A stretch of DNA of 64,000 bases, taken from the IMG/VR virus record IMGVR_UViG_3300020182_000007; one strand, written 5' to 3'. The DNA comes from a virus. Under the pieces are notes generated by a model. That model searched no databases, was not told the origin of the DNA, and worked only from the letters and a program-made list of their open reading frames with translations. This document shows positions 18,158 to 28,458 of the stretch, one piece after another; the stretch's first letter is position 1; every line of letters starts with the position of its first letter. Both the position numbers and the translations under genes were made by a program.

Positions 18158-18633
18158 TATTTAAGCGACTTTTCTGTGAGAACTATAAACCTCCATCCTC
18201 TTTCTTCAGCCCATCGTTTAGCATATGAATATTTATCACGATTAATAACAAATTGCTCTGCTAAGAATTTATAAGATTTTAATGCTTTTTTTGAGTTTGT
18301 CGTAGGTTGCTTAGGTTTTTTGATTTGATCTGAAGGTTTTATCTCGATTAAAAGCTCTTCAAGCGTGCCATCTTGTTTTTTAACTTTCATATAAAAGTCT
18401 GGATAATACTTCCTCTCTTTAGAATCTAAGGTAGACCAATATTTAATCTCTACAGGTTCGCTAGACCACCCTGTTACATCTTCTCTAGTATCGCATAATA
18501 TCATAAACTTCCTTTCCCAAGATGACCTATATATTATCGGTGGCTTCCCTAGATACTTTATTGGATTAGTTGGATTAAAATATCCTTGACTAAATCCAGA
18601 GTTCTTGGTAGGCTTAACGTTTTTTATTGACAT
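18157..18633 (-). CDS. gp4: Head completion nuclease (gp4 / TnsA-like)
   Basis: QGYF.P.NP.KY.G, IIYRSSWE, WSSE, YYPDF, EIKP motifs. Confidence 0.9.
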   Translation of the reverse strand: MSIKNVKPTKNSGFSQGYFNPTNPIKYLGKPPIIYRSSWERKFMILCDTREDVTGWSSEPVEIKYWSTLDSKERKYYPDFYMKVKKQDGTLEELLIEIKPSDQIKKPKQPTTNSKKALKSYKFLAEQFVINRDKYSYAKRWAEERGWRFIVLTEKSLK

Positions 18634-19013
18634 TAGATGTTAAAGAGTCCTCCTCCATTATATTCAGAACCTCCGGAGTTACCCTTGTCCAAACTTAATG
18701 TCGACTTATATTTTTTAGGGTGTATCTTATTCCATCCCTTTGCGTATCCTCTTTTAGCTATCTCTGTAAAGTAAGCGAATGCGTTAGTATACTTTGGATT
18801 AAAATTACGCCAGTACTTTAGTAAGTCCAACAGTGCAAATTGAAGACAATCTTGTCTATCATCATCACTAACATATGTTAATTTTCTAATGGCCCTTTCA
18901 GCAAGCATCACTAGCATTTTTTCAGCGGTTTTTGTGAGCTTATCCTGTTCTTTTGATAATACGATTTCAGCGTAAAGATCTTTATTGTTTAAGTAATTCT
19001 TTTTTCTAGCCAC
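18633..19013 (-). CDS. gp55: Late-transcription sigma factor (gp55-like)
   Basis: NYLNNKDL, NFNPK..NAFAYFT motifs. Confidence 0.8.
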   Translation of the reverse strand: MARKKNYLNNKDLYAEIVLSKEQDKLTKTAEKMLVMLAERAIRKLTYVSDDDRQDCLQFALLDLLKYWRNFNPKYTNAFAYFTEIAKRGYAKGWNKIHPKKYKSTLSLDKGNSGGSEYNGGGLFNI

Positions 19014-19036
19014 TTTGTTAATTTAATTGTTTAGAT

Positions 19037-19064
19037 GTTATATTAAAAAAAACGCATTTGTTTC
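19037..19064 (-). promoter_or_regulatory. GAAACA-N16-TATAAC promoter upstream of gp55
   Basis: Recurrent bipartite motif. Confidence 0.7.
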
Positions 19065-19078
19065 TAATATTTTTTATT

Positions 19079-19106
19079 AAAAAAGGCTCAGATTTCTCTG
19101 AGCCTT
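19079..19106 (-). terminator. Intrinsic terminator with GAAA loop
   Basis: AAGGCTCAGA-GAAA-TCTGAGCCTT followed by a T run. Confidence 0.85.
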
Positions 19107-19132
19107 CAACTACTAGTGTTCTATATTATGTG

Positions 19133-20341
19133 TTATATTGTTTCTTTTGGGGATATCTCTATAGATCTTTTATTAATCTTAAGGATATCTTCTCCATAAA
19201 CAATATTTACCATATCGTCGCTAGATGCTGTAGTATAGTCTAGTGCATCTACTTTTATTTCTGTTCCTTTTGTAATTCCTTCTGAATCTACTAGTAGGAC
19301 TCCATTAATAAATCCATCGTTTCTAGTAAGTTCATCGTTCTCTAGGATAGTAATATTTTCTTGTATTCTTTTTATTTCAGAATTAATTAAAGAATCTGCT
19401 TCTTTAATTTCTGGAATGTTTTTATTAGATTCTGCTAAAACATTTCGCTGATCTTTTAAGAATGAAATTAATTCATAACTCTCTAGAATTCTTTCAGCAA
19501 TTCTTTCTTTTATAGAAATTTGAGATTCTAAAACATCTTTAAACATAAAAGAAACATCTTCTCCAGTATTTTCTGCAACATAATCAATGGTTGCTACTGC
19601 TGAGAGCTCATTTAATGATGTAACTTTAGCTGATGTATTGTTTCTAAATACGAAAGCTTTTTCATTAACTCTAATTGTTGATATTTTAATATCGTTATCA
19701 TTAACTTCAACTAAATTTTCAGCTATTCCGAATGCATTAAACTGCTTAGCAGCAAAAGCAAATGTTTCTAAAATTGCCTTATCAGAATATTCAATTAATC
19801 CAGAAGCAAATGCGTCTTCAGTTAAACTATCTAAAAAAACTTCTCTATTGTTCATATAAACCTTGTTTTCTTCAGCAACATATTTATAAAGTACGAAGTT
19901 TGCTTCTTTTTTAAGGTTAGCGATTTGTGACATCGCACTGCTGATCATCATTCCAGCTTCATTTACTGCTACTGTGTTTCCAGCAAGCGTATGCTCATTT
20001 CTTAATGATTCTAGATCATTAATCTTTTCATTAATCTTTTCAATCTTTTCAAATGCTAATACAGATGCCTTATTTTTATCTTCTTGTAATTCTAAAGAAG
20101 AGCCTTCTACAACTCTCATAATTGATTTTGAGGATAAATTGTAGTAGAAATGTAATCCTTCATTAGTTACTTTAAAATTACGCATCGCGTATTCTAATGC
20201 TTTTAGTGAATTATCAGGTCTATTAATAGTTCTAACATTACCTTCAGTGATATTAAAAAAAGTATCTGATGAATACAATACCTTTGAAGATTCGTTAGCA
20301 TCAAAACAGATTGTGAAAATGTTTTTTCTTATTTTTTCCAT
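19133..20341 (-). CDS. Hypothetical late protein with coiled coils
   Basis: 402 aa. GATATATA at 20365-20372 upstream and a terminator downstream. Confidence 0.65.
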   Translation of the reverse strand: MEKIRKNIFTICFDANESSKVLYSSDTFFNITEGNVRTINRPDNSLKALEYAMRNFKVTNEGLHFYYNLSSKSIMRVVEGSSLELQEDKNKASVLAFEKIEKINEKINDLESLRNEHTLAGNTVAVNEAGMMISSAMSQIANLKKEANFVLYKYVAEENKVYMNNREVFLDSLTEDAFASGLIEYSDKAILETFAFAAKQFNAFGIAENLVEVNDNDIKISTIRVNEKAFVFRNNTSAKVTSLNELSAVATIDYVAENTGEDVSFMFKDVLESQISIKERIAERILESYELISFLKDQRNVLAESNKNIPEIKEADSLINSEIKRIQENITILENDELTRNDGFINGVLLVDSEGITKGTEIKVDALDYTTASSDDMVNIVYGEDILKINKRSIEISPKETI

Positions 20342-20378
20342 TTTATTTGGTTCTTAATTTTGTTTATATATCATCTTT

Positions 20379-21185
20379 TTATTCTTTAAATGGAAGATCT
20401 CTTCCTACTACTTTATAGTTGTCTCCTAATAATGAAGAATTAGATCCTCCTCCTTCGTTATTATCAAAACTTCCTATTTCAACCATTCTATTTCCAGCGT
20501 GTCTTGCTGTATCAAAATCAAATACTGGAATAAACGAATTAATGTCTAGGTTAAATGTGACTTTAAAGTCTTCTTTTTCTCCAAATCCAAATTCAATAGG
20601 TCTTTCAGTAGAATAATCATCAGGTACTGCGTACTCTGAAGATACTCGATATACGCCTTCTTCTAAATGGCCAACCTCTACATTATAGTAATTAGCCCTA
20701 TACATTTTTTTAATGATCGCTTCGGTAACTTTAAATATATCTAGTTGGCTTGATAACACGATAGATACTTCTATTCCTATTACTATTGGAATCATATTAA
20801 ACTCTGCAACGTAACTTTGCATCGTTCCATCAGAATCAAGTATTGCGTATTGGCCTAAATTCCTCTTGTTTACTATTTTTGTTGGATCTACATTAAGAGA
20901 TGTCATGTTTACAACTCCTCTTGGTACTTGATCGTAATTTCCATCAGCTTTTTCAGCGCCCGGTACGCAATTTGTACCTCCTACTGTTGTAAATAAAAAG
21001 TTATCTCTTAAAAAGTTATCGTCTCCAGTTATAGAATAATAGAATGGGACGTCGACTTCAACCCTGTTATCATTTGATAACTGCCTGCTGAAGCTTAATT
21101 TTTTATTTAGATCTGCAAGAAGGCCGATGATTAAATGCCTTACAACACTATCGTCCTTATTCCATTTTATATTGTAGGAAGCCAT
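20379..21185 (-). CDS. Tail sheath stabiliser / tail terminator (gp15-like)
   Basis: EVDVPFYY, PRGVVNMTSL..DPTK, PIVIGIEVSI...QLD.FK..E.I pattern. Late promoter at 21208-21215. Confidence 0.7.
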   Translation of the reverse strand: MASYNIKWNKDDSVVRHLIIGLLADLNKKLSFSRQLSNDNRVEVDVPFYYSITGDDNFLRDNFLFTTVGGTNCVPGAEKADGNYDQVPRGVVNMTSLNVDPTKIVNKRNLGQYAILDSDGTMQSYVAEFNMIPIVIGIEVSIVLSSQLDIFKVTEAIIKKMYRANYYNVEVGHLEEGVYRVSSEYAVPDDYSTERPIEFGFGEKEDFKVTFNLDINSFIPVFDFDTARHAGNRMVEIGSFDNNEGGGSNSSLLGDNYKVVGRDLPFKE

Positions 21186-21221
21186 TTAATTTAACTTTTG
21201 ATTTATTTATATATCTAGAAA

Positions 21222-22892
21222 TTATTCTATCCTTTCGATATCGAACTTAGAAAATCCATTGTCTCGATATATCAGCAATCTTTTATCAAAGATCTCATGT
21301 GGTAGTTGAGAATGATTTATTACAAACGTATTTATCTTATTTTCTTTAATAACTTGGCTTAATATCTTTAATATGTTATGTACTCCGTCTGGATCAACAG
21401 AACTTAATAACTCATCCAAGAACAATAAGTTTAATTGAGGAAACCTTAATTTAAGGATCTTAATGATTGCGATAATAATAATGAAATCTGCTTTTTTGCG
21501 TTCTCCAGTAGAAAGAGTCATTGGATTAATTTCTTCACCTAAATGATTAATAATACAATTGAACTTTTCATCAAATCTAATATGAAACTGCAAGTGCATT
21601 GTTGCAGCCATAGCTGCAATATTAGTATTTAATCCTGGTAAGATAGTTTTAACAGCTAGATTTTTAACACCGTCCTCGCCTAATATAGTTTCTACCATTT
21701 CCATGAATTGATAGTCATTTGATAGCTTACTAGATTCTTTAGACTTTTCAGACTCTTTTTCTTCAAATTCTTTAACTAATGTCTTAAGGTGTTCAAATTG
21801 ATCTCCACTTGATGTATCTTTTATTTTAATTAATTCATTCTTTAAAGAATGCATTAGGTATTTTATTTCAGAAACTGAATTATCAATTTTCTTTTTATCT
21901 TTTAATAAATGATCTATTTTAACTTTGGTATTATCCATTAATATTTTTTGCGTCTTAATTTGTTCAGCACTATTCTCTAGTTGGCTAGTAAACTCATCTA
22001 ATTTTTGAGTATGCCAATCGCTGTCTAATTTAGTTTCACAAGTTGGACAATTACCACTCTCATATAAATTCACTTTCTTTTTAAGATATTCAATCTCGTG
22101 TTTTAATGTACTTGCATTGTTTCTAGCCTCGTCATAGTTTGTATTAAGATCTCCAATAGTTAATGCAAGTTCTCCTTTACTTATTTTTAGATCTTTTGCT
22201 GAATCATTAAGTTCTATTAGTTGATTTTTTAGATCTTGTATCTTTTCTTTATTTTTTAGTGAAGATTCTTCTAATAGAGTATTTAATTTTTGGCGTACTG
22301 AACCTATTGATTCCATTATTTGACTCAGCTCATGATCGTACGTTGTAATATCGTTCTTTATTAGTTTTCTCTCTTCTTTAATTTGATTTTGCATATCATT
22401 CAACACCGAGAACCCAAACATTTTATCAATAATTTGTTTCTTGTCACTGTTGCTCATTGTTAAGAATGATTTAAAATCGTTAATTGATAGAATAATAATG
22501 TTCTTAAAAACATGATAAGGTATTCCAAAAACTTCTTCCTCTAGATAATCTTGGACGCTTTTTTTACCAGCTTTATCAAATTCTACCCCATTTAACTTAA
22601 CACTAAATAGTCCAGGAGAAAGGCCACGTTCTATTTCAACGCTGATGTTTCCGCATTGTAGATTTATTTTAACCCAAAGTTCTCCGTTAATTCTATTAGG
22701 CAAGTCTCCAAGTTTTACTCCTTCAACCTTGCCATATAACGCATATATAATTGCATTTGCAATAGTTGTCTTTCCGTCACCGTTTTTACCTAGTGTTAGA
22801 AACAACTCTGAAAATTCTTCATCAAACTCTAGCTTTTGAATCTGATTACCGTAGCTTGCAAAATTCTTAAATTGTATTGAATCTATTCTCAT
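21222..22892 (-). CDS. gp46: Recombination ATPase gp46 (SbcC/Rad50-like)
   Basis: GKNGDGKTT, CPTC zinc hook, LSTGE signature, LFLDE. Confidence 0.93.
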   Translation of the reverse strand: MRIDSIQFKNFASYGNQIQKLEFDEEFSELFLTLGKNGDGKTTIANAIIYALYGKVEGVKLGDLPNRINGELWVKINLQCGNISVEIERGLSPGLFSVKLNGVEFDKAGKKSVQDYLEEEVFGIPYHVFKNIIILSINDFKSFLTMSNSDKKQIIDKMFGFSVLNDMQNQIKEERKLIKNDITTYDHELSQIMESIGSVRQKLNTLLEESSLKNKEKIQDLKNQLIELNDSAKDLKISKGELALTIGDLNTNYDEARNNASTLKHEIEYLKKKVNLYESGNCPTCETKLDSDWHTQKLDEFTSQLENSAEQIKTQKILMDNTKVKIDHLLKDKKKIDNSVSEIKYLMHSLKNELIKIKDTSSGDQFEHLKTLVKEFEEKESEKSKESSKLSNDYQFMEMVETILGEDGVKNLAVKTILPGLNTNIAAMAATMHLQFHIRFDEKFNCIINHLGEEINPMTLSTGERKKADFIIIIAIIKILKLRFPQLNLLFLDELLSSVDPDGVHNILKILSQVIKENKINTFVINHSQLPHEIFDKRLLIYRDNGFSKFDIERIE

Positions 22893-23998
22893 CTGTCTAT
22901 ATCGTGGTTATATGCACAAAGATCATGCAACTGCTTTAGCTTGTTTTTTAACTTTTGTTTAGTATCTTCATCGTGATTTAAATTATCAACGTATGAGCTG
23001 CATAAGTTTAAGATGTTATAATTCTTATAAATTTCATCATCTAAGTCATGAAAATCCTTGTCAATTATATCGTCTTCTTGGTAGATATTAGGATCTAATT
23101 TTCTGCCTACATTTTGAATCTTATTAATAAATAAACTCAATGAGTTAGATGTTGCAATTTTACTTGGAACGTATAGATCAACAAAATTATTTCTAATTTC
23201 ATCTTTAAAATCACCAAGAGTTACATCGAACAACTTTGTGATATTATACTTTAAAAACTTTGGTGATACGTTATTTGGAAAGAATGTCTCATCCATTGTC
23301 TCTAGATCAACTAGGTCAAATCCTTTTTGATTGCCGCTGTCAGATCTTGTAAGCTCGTATGGTGTACCAACCATTAATAATCTTCCTTTTTCTTGCCTAT
23401 AGTGGATATGTCCAGAAAAAACTCTATCATATTTATTAAATATGTTTGGCCTGTTTCCATGCTGATTTTTAACCTTAGCATTTAAATATATTCCACTGAC
23501 CTCAGAGTGACAAAACACTATATTAGCTTCTGGAAATTCAGATAAAGTATCGGTTTCATGAGAAGCGTCTCTTCTCCATGGCATCATTAATATATTCTTA
23601 TTATGCCATTTCATTAACTTTGGTTCTTTATAGATCTGAACATTTGGAATCCATTTTAATGAATCTATTGAAGTGATATCATTACTCTTCTTTGCCCATA
23701 TATCATGGTTTCCGCATATAATATGAACTGGTAATATTTCACCTAGCCTTTCAAACAGATCTACAACGTAACTTAAAACTTTAAGATTAATTGATTGTCT
23801 ATTATCGAAAGTATCTCCAACTTGTACCAGAACATCTCCTGGTTTTACATTTTTTTTTAGAGTTGGTATAAATACCTTCTCAAAGAATTCTTTTTGTATC
23901 TCTAGCCATTCTATTGAGTTTGCCCTGACTCCAAAATGGAGATCACCGAGTACCCATACTCGGTTTGCTCCTTGATTAAAAGTTTTAGCATCAATCAT
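22889..23998 (-). CDS. gp47: Recombination nuclease gp47 (SbcD/Mre11-like)
   Basis: GDLHFG, GDTFD, GNHD, SGHIH metallophosphoesterase motifs. Confidence 0.93.
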   Translation of the reverse strand: MIDAKTFNQGANRVWVLGDLHFGVRANSIEWLEIQKEFFEKVFIPTLKKNVKPGDVLVQVGDTFDNRQSINLKVLSYVVDLFERLGEILPVHIICGNHDIWAKKSNDITSIDSLKWIPNVQIYKEPKLMKWHNKNILMMPWRRDASHETDTLSEFPEANIVFCHSEVSGIYLNAKVKNQHGNRPNIFNKYDRVFSGHIHYRQEKGRLLMVGTPYELTRSDSGNQKGFDLVDLETMDETFFPNNVSPKFLKYNITKLFDVTLGDFKDEIRNNFVDLYVPSKIATSNSLSLFINKIQNVGRKLDPNIYQEDDIIDKDFHDLDDEIYKNYNILNLCSSYVDNLNHDEDTKQKLKNKLKQLHDLCAYNHDIDR

Positions 23999-23999
23999 A

Positions 24000-24437
24000 T
24001 TAAAATAATTTTGATATGTTTTTTCTTCCTAATACTCCTGTTTTACTATCTAGTTCTTGTATTAGATCTTCTTTGTAATTATTAGATAGTGAGCTGTAAA
24101 ATTTAGTTGGATTAATATCGAAATAAACACACAACTCGCTGAATAAATCTATTCTAGTGTTAGTATCTATCATTTCTCCTACAATATATCCATACACATT
24201 GTTGATGTCTAACTTTTTTAATTTTACGTTTCTTCCATGTTCATCAATCACATTAAATTCTTTAAATCTAGATGATGTTATTAGTTCATGAATTTCTTTA
24301 GCTATTAATGCATATTGAATCTTATCTTCTTCTGGAGTATTGTCCTTATAGTTAGGATCTACTTCAAAAGAGAAGTTTGGTATCATTTCAAAATCCGGAG
24401 ATTCGAAATTATTATCAAATATTTTATCTGTTTTCAT
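24000..24437 (-). CDS. Possible late-promoter co-activator (gp33-like C-terminus)
   Basis: IDLFSELCVYFDI.......LSNNYKEDLIQE resembles the gp33 pattern D.+..+C....I......+S..+KE.+..E. Weak match. Confidence 0.4.
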   Translation of the reverse strand: MKTDKIFDNNFESPDFEMIPNFSFEVDPNYKDNTPEEDKIQYALIAKEIHELITSSRFKEFNVIDEHGRNVKLKKLDINNVYGYIVGEMIDTNTRIDLFSELCVYFDINPTKFYSSLSNNYKEDLIQELDSKTGVLGRKNISKLF

Positions 24438-25753
24438 TATATTCCGTGTAAATTACTGTTTGTTATATTATCAGTCTCTATTAATCGCATATAGTTCCAA
24501 TTAATGTTTAACTGACATTTAGTTCCTTTTCCTTCTCCATCTCTCATCTTTAATATTTTAAGCCAATATTCATTACTTGCTCTCATTAAATCATCTTGAA
24601 TAATTCCAAACATAACATCTGCAGTATGTGAAAGTCCTGCAGATTCGGCAATATCAGTCATCGTAATATCGCTTGAATTATATCCGCTTCTTGTTATCTG
24701 AGTTGCTGTAACTATTAACCAATCATGTCTTTGACCCATTGCTCTTAAATCTTCAGCTATTTGCTTTATTTTTAAGTATGTGTTTTCGCTATTAGGATTT
24801 CTATAGTTTGCTAAAATGTTAATATAGTCAATAACTACTGCTCCTATCTTAACCTGATGCTCTTCTTCAACTTGTGTTAAATAAGCATCAATATCTAAAA
24901 CAGTAGCCTGTGATGTTGGCATTTGTTTAATAAATAGCTGACCGGGTGGAGTTAGTCCATCTCCTACTGTCTCAAGCCTTCTTTTAATACTGTCTTTGTT
25001 TTTTGCTTTTTCAGCGTATTCATTAATATCAATTGACAATAAATTAGAACCTATCCTCTTTACGAATTTATGAGCGGCCATCTCTGCCGTAATAACAACA
25101 GTGTTTACTCCCATTTTAACAAAATTAGCAGCATCGTTTGCAAGATATATTGACTTACCAATATTTTGCTCTCCAGCATATACCACTAAGTTACCTCCTT
25201 TATCATAACCTCCACTAAGAACTCGATCAACAAAATTATATCCAGAACTTACTTTTTCAGATTCTTTTTGATCGTGATCATCTGGATTAAAAAAGTTTAA
25301 TCCAAGATCAGAGTTAAACGTAATGTTGTTTCTCTCGTTAATTAAACCCTTAACCTTTTGAATAATACTGTCTGAATTTTCAGGAGTTACTTTCGTCGTT
25401 TTAATAAATTCAATAGTATCTGTAAGAGAAGTGTCAAACGTTCTCCACTTGATCCAAGATTCGGCAGTACTAGTTAGCCATTCATCGTCATATTGATCTA
25501 AGTCAACTCCAAAAATAACATCAAGAATACCGTCTGTTATCTTTTCTTTTGATTTTTTACTATTTTGAGCTAAGAGTTTAAGTTGCTCCTTTCCAGGAGC
25601 TTCATGAAACTTAATGTAAAATTTATTAGCAAGGTAGCTTAAAATATCAATTTCTTCTGAAGTATAATACCCAGATTTAATACTTTGAAGATACTTTGGT
25701 TTTACTAATGATAGTCTAAAAAATATTTTTTCAAAGTCTTGTCCGAATTGCAT
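24437..25753 (-). CDS. gp41: Replicative helicase (gp41 / DnaB-like)
   Basis: GEQNIGKS, IDYINI, TATQITR, AES.GL..TAD motifs. Confidence 0.92.
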   Translation of the reverse strand: MQFGQDFEKIFFRLSLVKPKYLQSIKSGYYTSEEIDILSYLANKFYIKFHEAPGKEQLKLLAQNSKKSKEKITDGILDVIFGVDLDQYDDEWLTSTAESWIKWRTFDTSLTDTIEFIKTTKVTPENSDSIIQKVKGLINERNNITFNSDLGLNFFNPDDHDQKESEKVSSGYNFVDRVLSGGYDKGGNLVVYAGEQNIGKSIYLANDAANFVKMGVNTVVITAEMAAHKFVKRIGSNLLSIDINEYAEKAKNKDSIKRRLETVGDGLTPPGQLFIKQMPTSQATVLDIDAYLTQVEEEHQVKIGAVVIDYINILANYRNPNSENTYLKIKQIAEDLRAMGQRHDWLIVTATQITRSGYNSSDITMTDIAESAGLSHTADVMFGIIQDDLMRASNEYWLKILKMRDGEGKGTKCQLNINWNYMRLIETDNITNSNLHGI

Positions 25754-25769
25754 ATATAGTTATTTAAAG

Positions 25770-25797
25770 GTTATATACAATTTTAGTCTTCTGTTTC
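25770..25797 (-). promoter_or_regulatory. GAAACA-N16-TATAAC promoter for gp41, partly inside the uvsX 3' end
   Basis: Exact motif and spacing. Confidence 0.65.
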
Positions 25798-26895
25798 TTC
25801 TAACATTTCTTCAATGTCTAAAGTACTTGATTCTGAATTGTAATTAAAAAGAGGCTGTATGTGTTCGTCTATTTTTTCTAGAACCTCGCGAGTAAACACC
25901 GTTTCTGTAAAGAATTCCGAGTTTGGTACTACTGTATCCAGATGATCACAGATCCAACCTCTTGCGGTAGACTTAGGAACTTTAACACCCTTTTCGATAG
26001 TTCCTCTAGTGATGCCACAAATATCCCAGGTTGCGTACTGTTCGAGACCGACATAAGGATTCATACCTTCACTAAAATTCAAATGGAATTTAATATTAGT
26101 TGGTTTTGCAAAACGATTCTTAGAAGGCTTTGCTGTTACAATAATACCGACTTTATCTGCGCCATCTTTTAATTGTGCCTTGTTCAGCATCAATACAATA
26201 GAGGCCGCATACTCTGGTCCAGTTCCACCGCCTGCTATTTGCATTGGAATAAAGGATTGAGATTGGTATGTATGATTTGTAAAAATAAATGGAATCTTTA
26301 AATCGGCCAATGGGGTCATTATAATTCTAAAAATTGATTTAAGAATCTTTGAACGAGTCATATCACTCTTTTCGCTTCCACTTGCAGCATCTGCTATTTC
26401 CTTTGCAGTTGCTAAGTTACCTGCAGAATCTAAGATAATCATTAGCTTTGGTATATTTCCACCCGATCTTTTAATCTCCTGCATCTTCTTAGTAATCGTA
26501 GTTACTGATGTTCTAAACTCTTGAACGGTATTAATCGGCTGATAGTTTACCTTGGTAATATCAATGCCAAACTTAATCATTTGTTCTTTATCTACAGCCG
26601 CTTCAGAATCATAATAGATTATATTATAACCCATGTTTATTGCTTCTCGTACTGAATTTAGAGTCAAGAAAGTTTTACCTGTTCCTGAAGGACCTGCAAC
26701 AGAACAAGATCTGTTATTTGGCCATCCTTTAAAAAGAGAACCACCAACACACGCATTCAAGTGATAGTTTCCCGTGTTAATCCATTCAGTAACTTCAGAA
26801 AAAGTGGACTGGTCCATAACAGATCCAAGGGGATTTAATTCTGCTAACTCTGCATTTAAATCTGCAAAGCTAAATGTTTTATTATTTTTTGCCAT
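25783..26895 (-). CDS. uvsX: RecA-like recombinase UvsX
   Basis: GPSGTGKT, YDSE, ILDS.GNL, NHTY, GGG.G..Y motifs. Confidence 0.93.
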   Translation of the reverse strand: MAKNNKTFSFADLNAELAELNPLGSVMDQSTFSEVTEWINTGNYHLNACVGGSLFKGWPNNRSCSVAGPSGTGKTFLTLNSVREAINMGYNIIYYDSEAAVDKEQMIKFGIDITKVNYQPINTVQEFRTSVTTITKKMQEIKRSGGNIPKLMIILDSAGNLATAKEIADAASGSEKSDMTRSKILKSIFRIIMTPLADLKIPFIFTNHTYQSQSFIPMQIAGGGTGPEYAASIVLMLNKAQLKDGADKVGIIVTAKPSKNRFAKPTNIKFHLNFSEGMNPYVGLEQYATWDICGITRGTIEKGVKVPKSTARGWICDHLDTVVPNSEFFTETVFTREVLEKIDEHIQPLFNYNSESSTLDIEEMLEETED

Positions 26896-27073
26896 CGTTT
26901 TTTAATATATTTTTATCTAGTTCTCGAAGAGCCGTAAGCTCTTCTATTAATTTGTCAGCCTCTGCGCTTAAGTTTGACATTTTGTCTTCAAGAAATAATA
27001 GTCTAGTATGTACCTTTTTATACTGTTCTACGATCTCATTTTGCTCGTCGCTAAGTTTAGTTGAATCTATCAT
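26882..27073 (-). CDS. Small coiled-coil protein
   Basis: 63 aa, coupled to both neighbours. Confidence 0.7.
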   Translation of the reverse strand: MIDSTKLSDEQNEIVEQYKKVHTRLLFLEDKMSNLSAEADKLIEELTALRELDKNILKNDGKK

Positions 27074-27249
27074 TTTTTAACTTTTTTAACCTCACCAAAT
27101 ATATTTATTTGACCCGGAAGCTGTTCATCATTAACTTTTTGGCTTTGAGCATCTTTCATACTCCGTATAAGCTCTCTTATACATGCTCCAAATGCCATGT
27201 TATTTGGATTTTCTCCTTCTAGTTTGTATAGTATTTCTTTTAATTCCAT
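27070..27249 (-). CDS. 59 aa small protein (not in the ORF track)
   Basis: Manual translation: MELKEILYKLEGENPNNMAFGACIRELIRSMKDAQSQKVNDEQLPGQINIFGEVKKVKK*. ATGA overlap with the next gene. Confidence 0.75.
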   Translation of the reverse strand: MELKEILYKLEGENPNNMAFGACIRELIRSMKDAQSQKVNDEQLPGQINIFGEVKKVKK

Positions 27250-27254
27250 TTTTT

Positions 27255-28457
27255 TTAAAATAATGCAGATGCGTAAATTAAATTAGTATCTAGTGTTTGT
27301 AAACCGATTGCCTTTAATACTCTATTTAAAGGATCAATCATACATTTTTCAAATTGTGTATCGTAGTCAATTGGTGGAGCAAACTCATAAGGATGTTCGC
27401 TTGGCATGTATGCAAACACATCGCTAATGTTATCCTTAACGCTATAGAGTTTTAACTTTTCACCGTTACCAATTAACTTGTACTTATTCTTATATTTTTG
27501 ATTATTATTTAGTAAGTAATTATAGAAACCAGCAGCCTTTACATTAGGTGGACATTTAAGGCCAACTTCTAATGAAATCTGATCATCAACGATATATTTT
27601 TCAATATTATTAGTTCTTTTATTAAAGGCTATATCGTCAATATCAGCGAGCACAAACTCTTTTTTAGTTTGCTTCATAAAGATAACTAGTTCTTCTAATT
27701 CTACAGCTGTTGGTTTTTTATTCTTTGTAAAAAGTAACTTAAGAGCATCTACTAATTTCTTTCTTGCGAAAGGAGGAGTAGATGATTGAATTGTATCGTA
27801 TCCTATTGTTTTTACTTTCTTTAAAGAAGCATGCCTGTCAGTTACCTCTAGCTTATCATCCCATGCTATGTTTTGTATATACTTCTTTTTTGCTAACCAT
27901 ATACCAGAGTATGCTACTGTTTCAAGTTCAAATTGTAAGAAATTGTCAGTGTTTCTGATTACAGCATACCTCTCCATTGTCTTAGCAATATATTCCCTTA
28001 GTCTAAAGTTATAGATTTGAATAATAAAGGTATCGATTGTAAGCTCTTCTCCTAGCCACTCTATTGAGTTGTACATTTCTTCAAACTGTACATAGCAAGA
28101 ATCCGTGTCTATGTAAATTACAGATGGTCTTTCAAGCTGATGCCTTACCTTAATATTAAAATGCTCATGAACAATTGCGTCCTTGTGGAAAAAATCATGA
28201 AAATACTTATTTAATATATTTTCTGAGTAAAGAATAGCGTCCTGTCCCTGTAATGTAATAGATTCTGCTATATCTATATTGAAGAAGTGAAACCACTTAT
28301 TACCAAACGCACCATAAATAGAGTTCAAAGTAACTTTTACCGCTTGTTCATACGCTGTATATTTAGCAGAGAGTGCCTCATATTGTTTAATGAGGCTCTC
28401 TGCTTCTTCTTTAGTCAATTGATCAATTGGTTTGCTCTGTAACCCAGTCACGTCCAT
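27255..28457 (-). CDS. DNA polymerase B, C-terminal subunit (fingers/palm/thumb)
   Basis: Motif B K.TLNSIYG, ITLQGQ, motif C YIDTDS, KKKY. Motif A and the exonuclease are absent. Confidence 0.92.
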   Translation of the reverse strand: MDVTGLQSKPIDQLTKEEAESLIKQYEALSAKYTAYEQAVKVTLNSIYGAFGNKWFHFFNIDIAESITLQGQDAILYSENILNKYFHDFFHKDAIVHEHFNIKVRHQLERPSVIYIDTDSCYVQFEEMYNSIEWLGEELTIDTFIIQIYNFRLREYIAKTMERYAVIRNTDNFLQFELETVAYSGIWLAKKKYIQNIAWDDKLEVTDRHASLKKVKTIGYDTIQSSTPPFARKKLVDALKLLFTKNKKPTAVELEELVIFMKQTKKEFVLADIDDIAFNKRTNNIEKYIVDDQISLEVGLKCPPNVKAAGFYNYLLNNNQKYKNKYKLIGNGEKLKLYSVKDNISDVFAYMPSEHPYEFAPPIDYDTQFEKCMIDPLNRVLKAIGLQTLDTNLIYASALF

Positions 28458-28458
28458 A

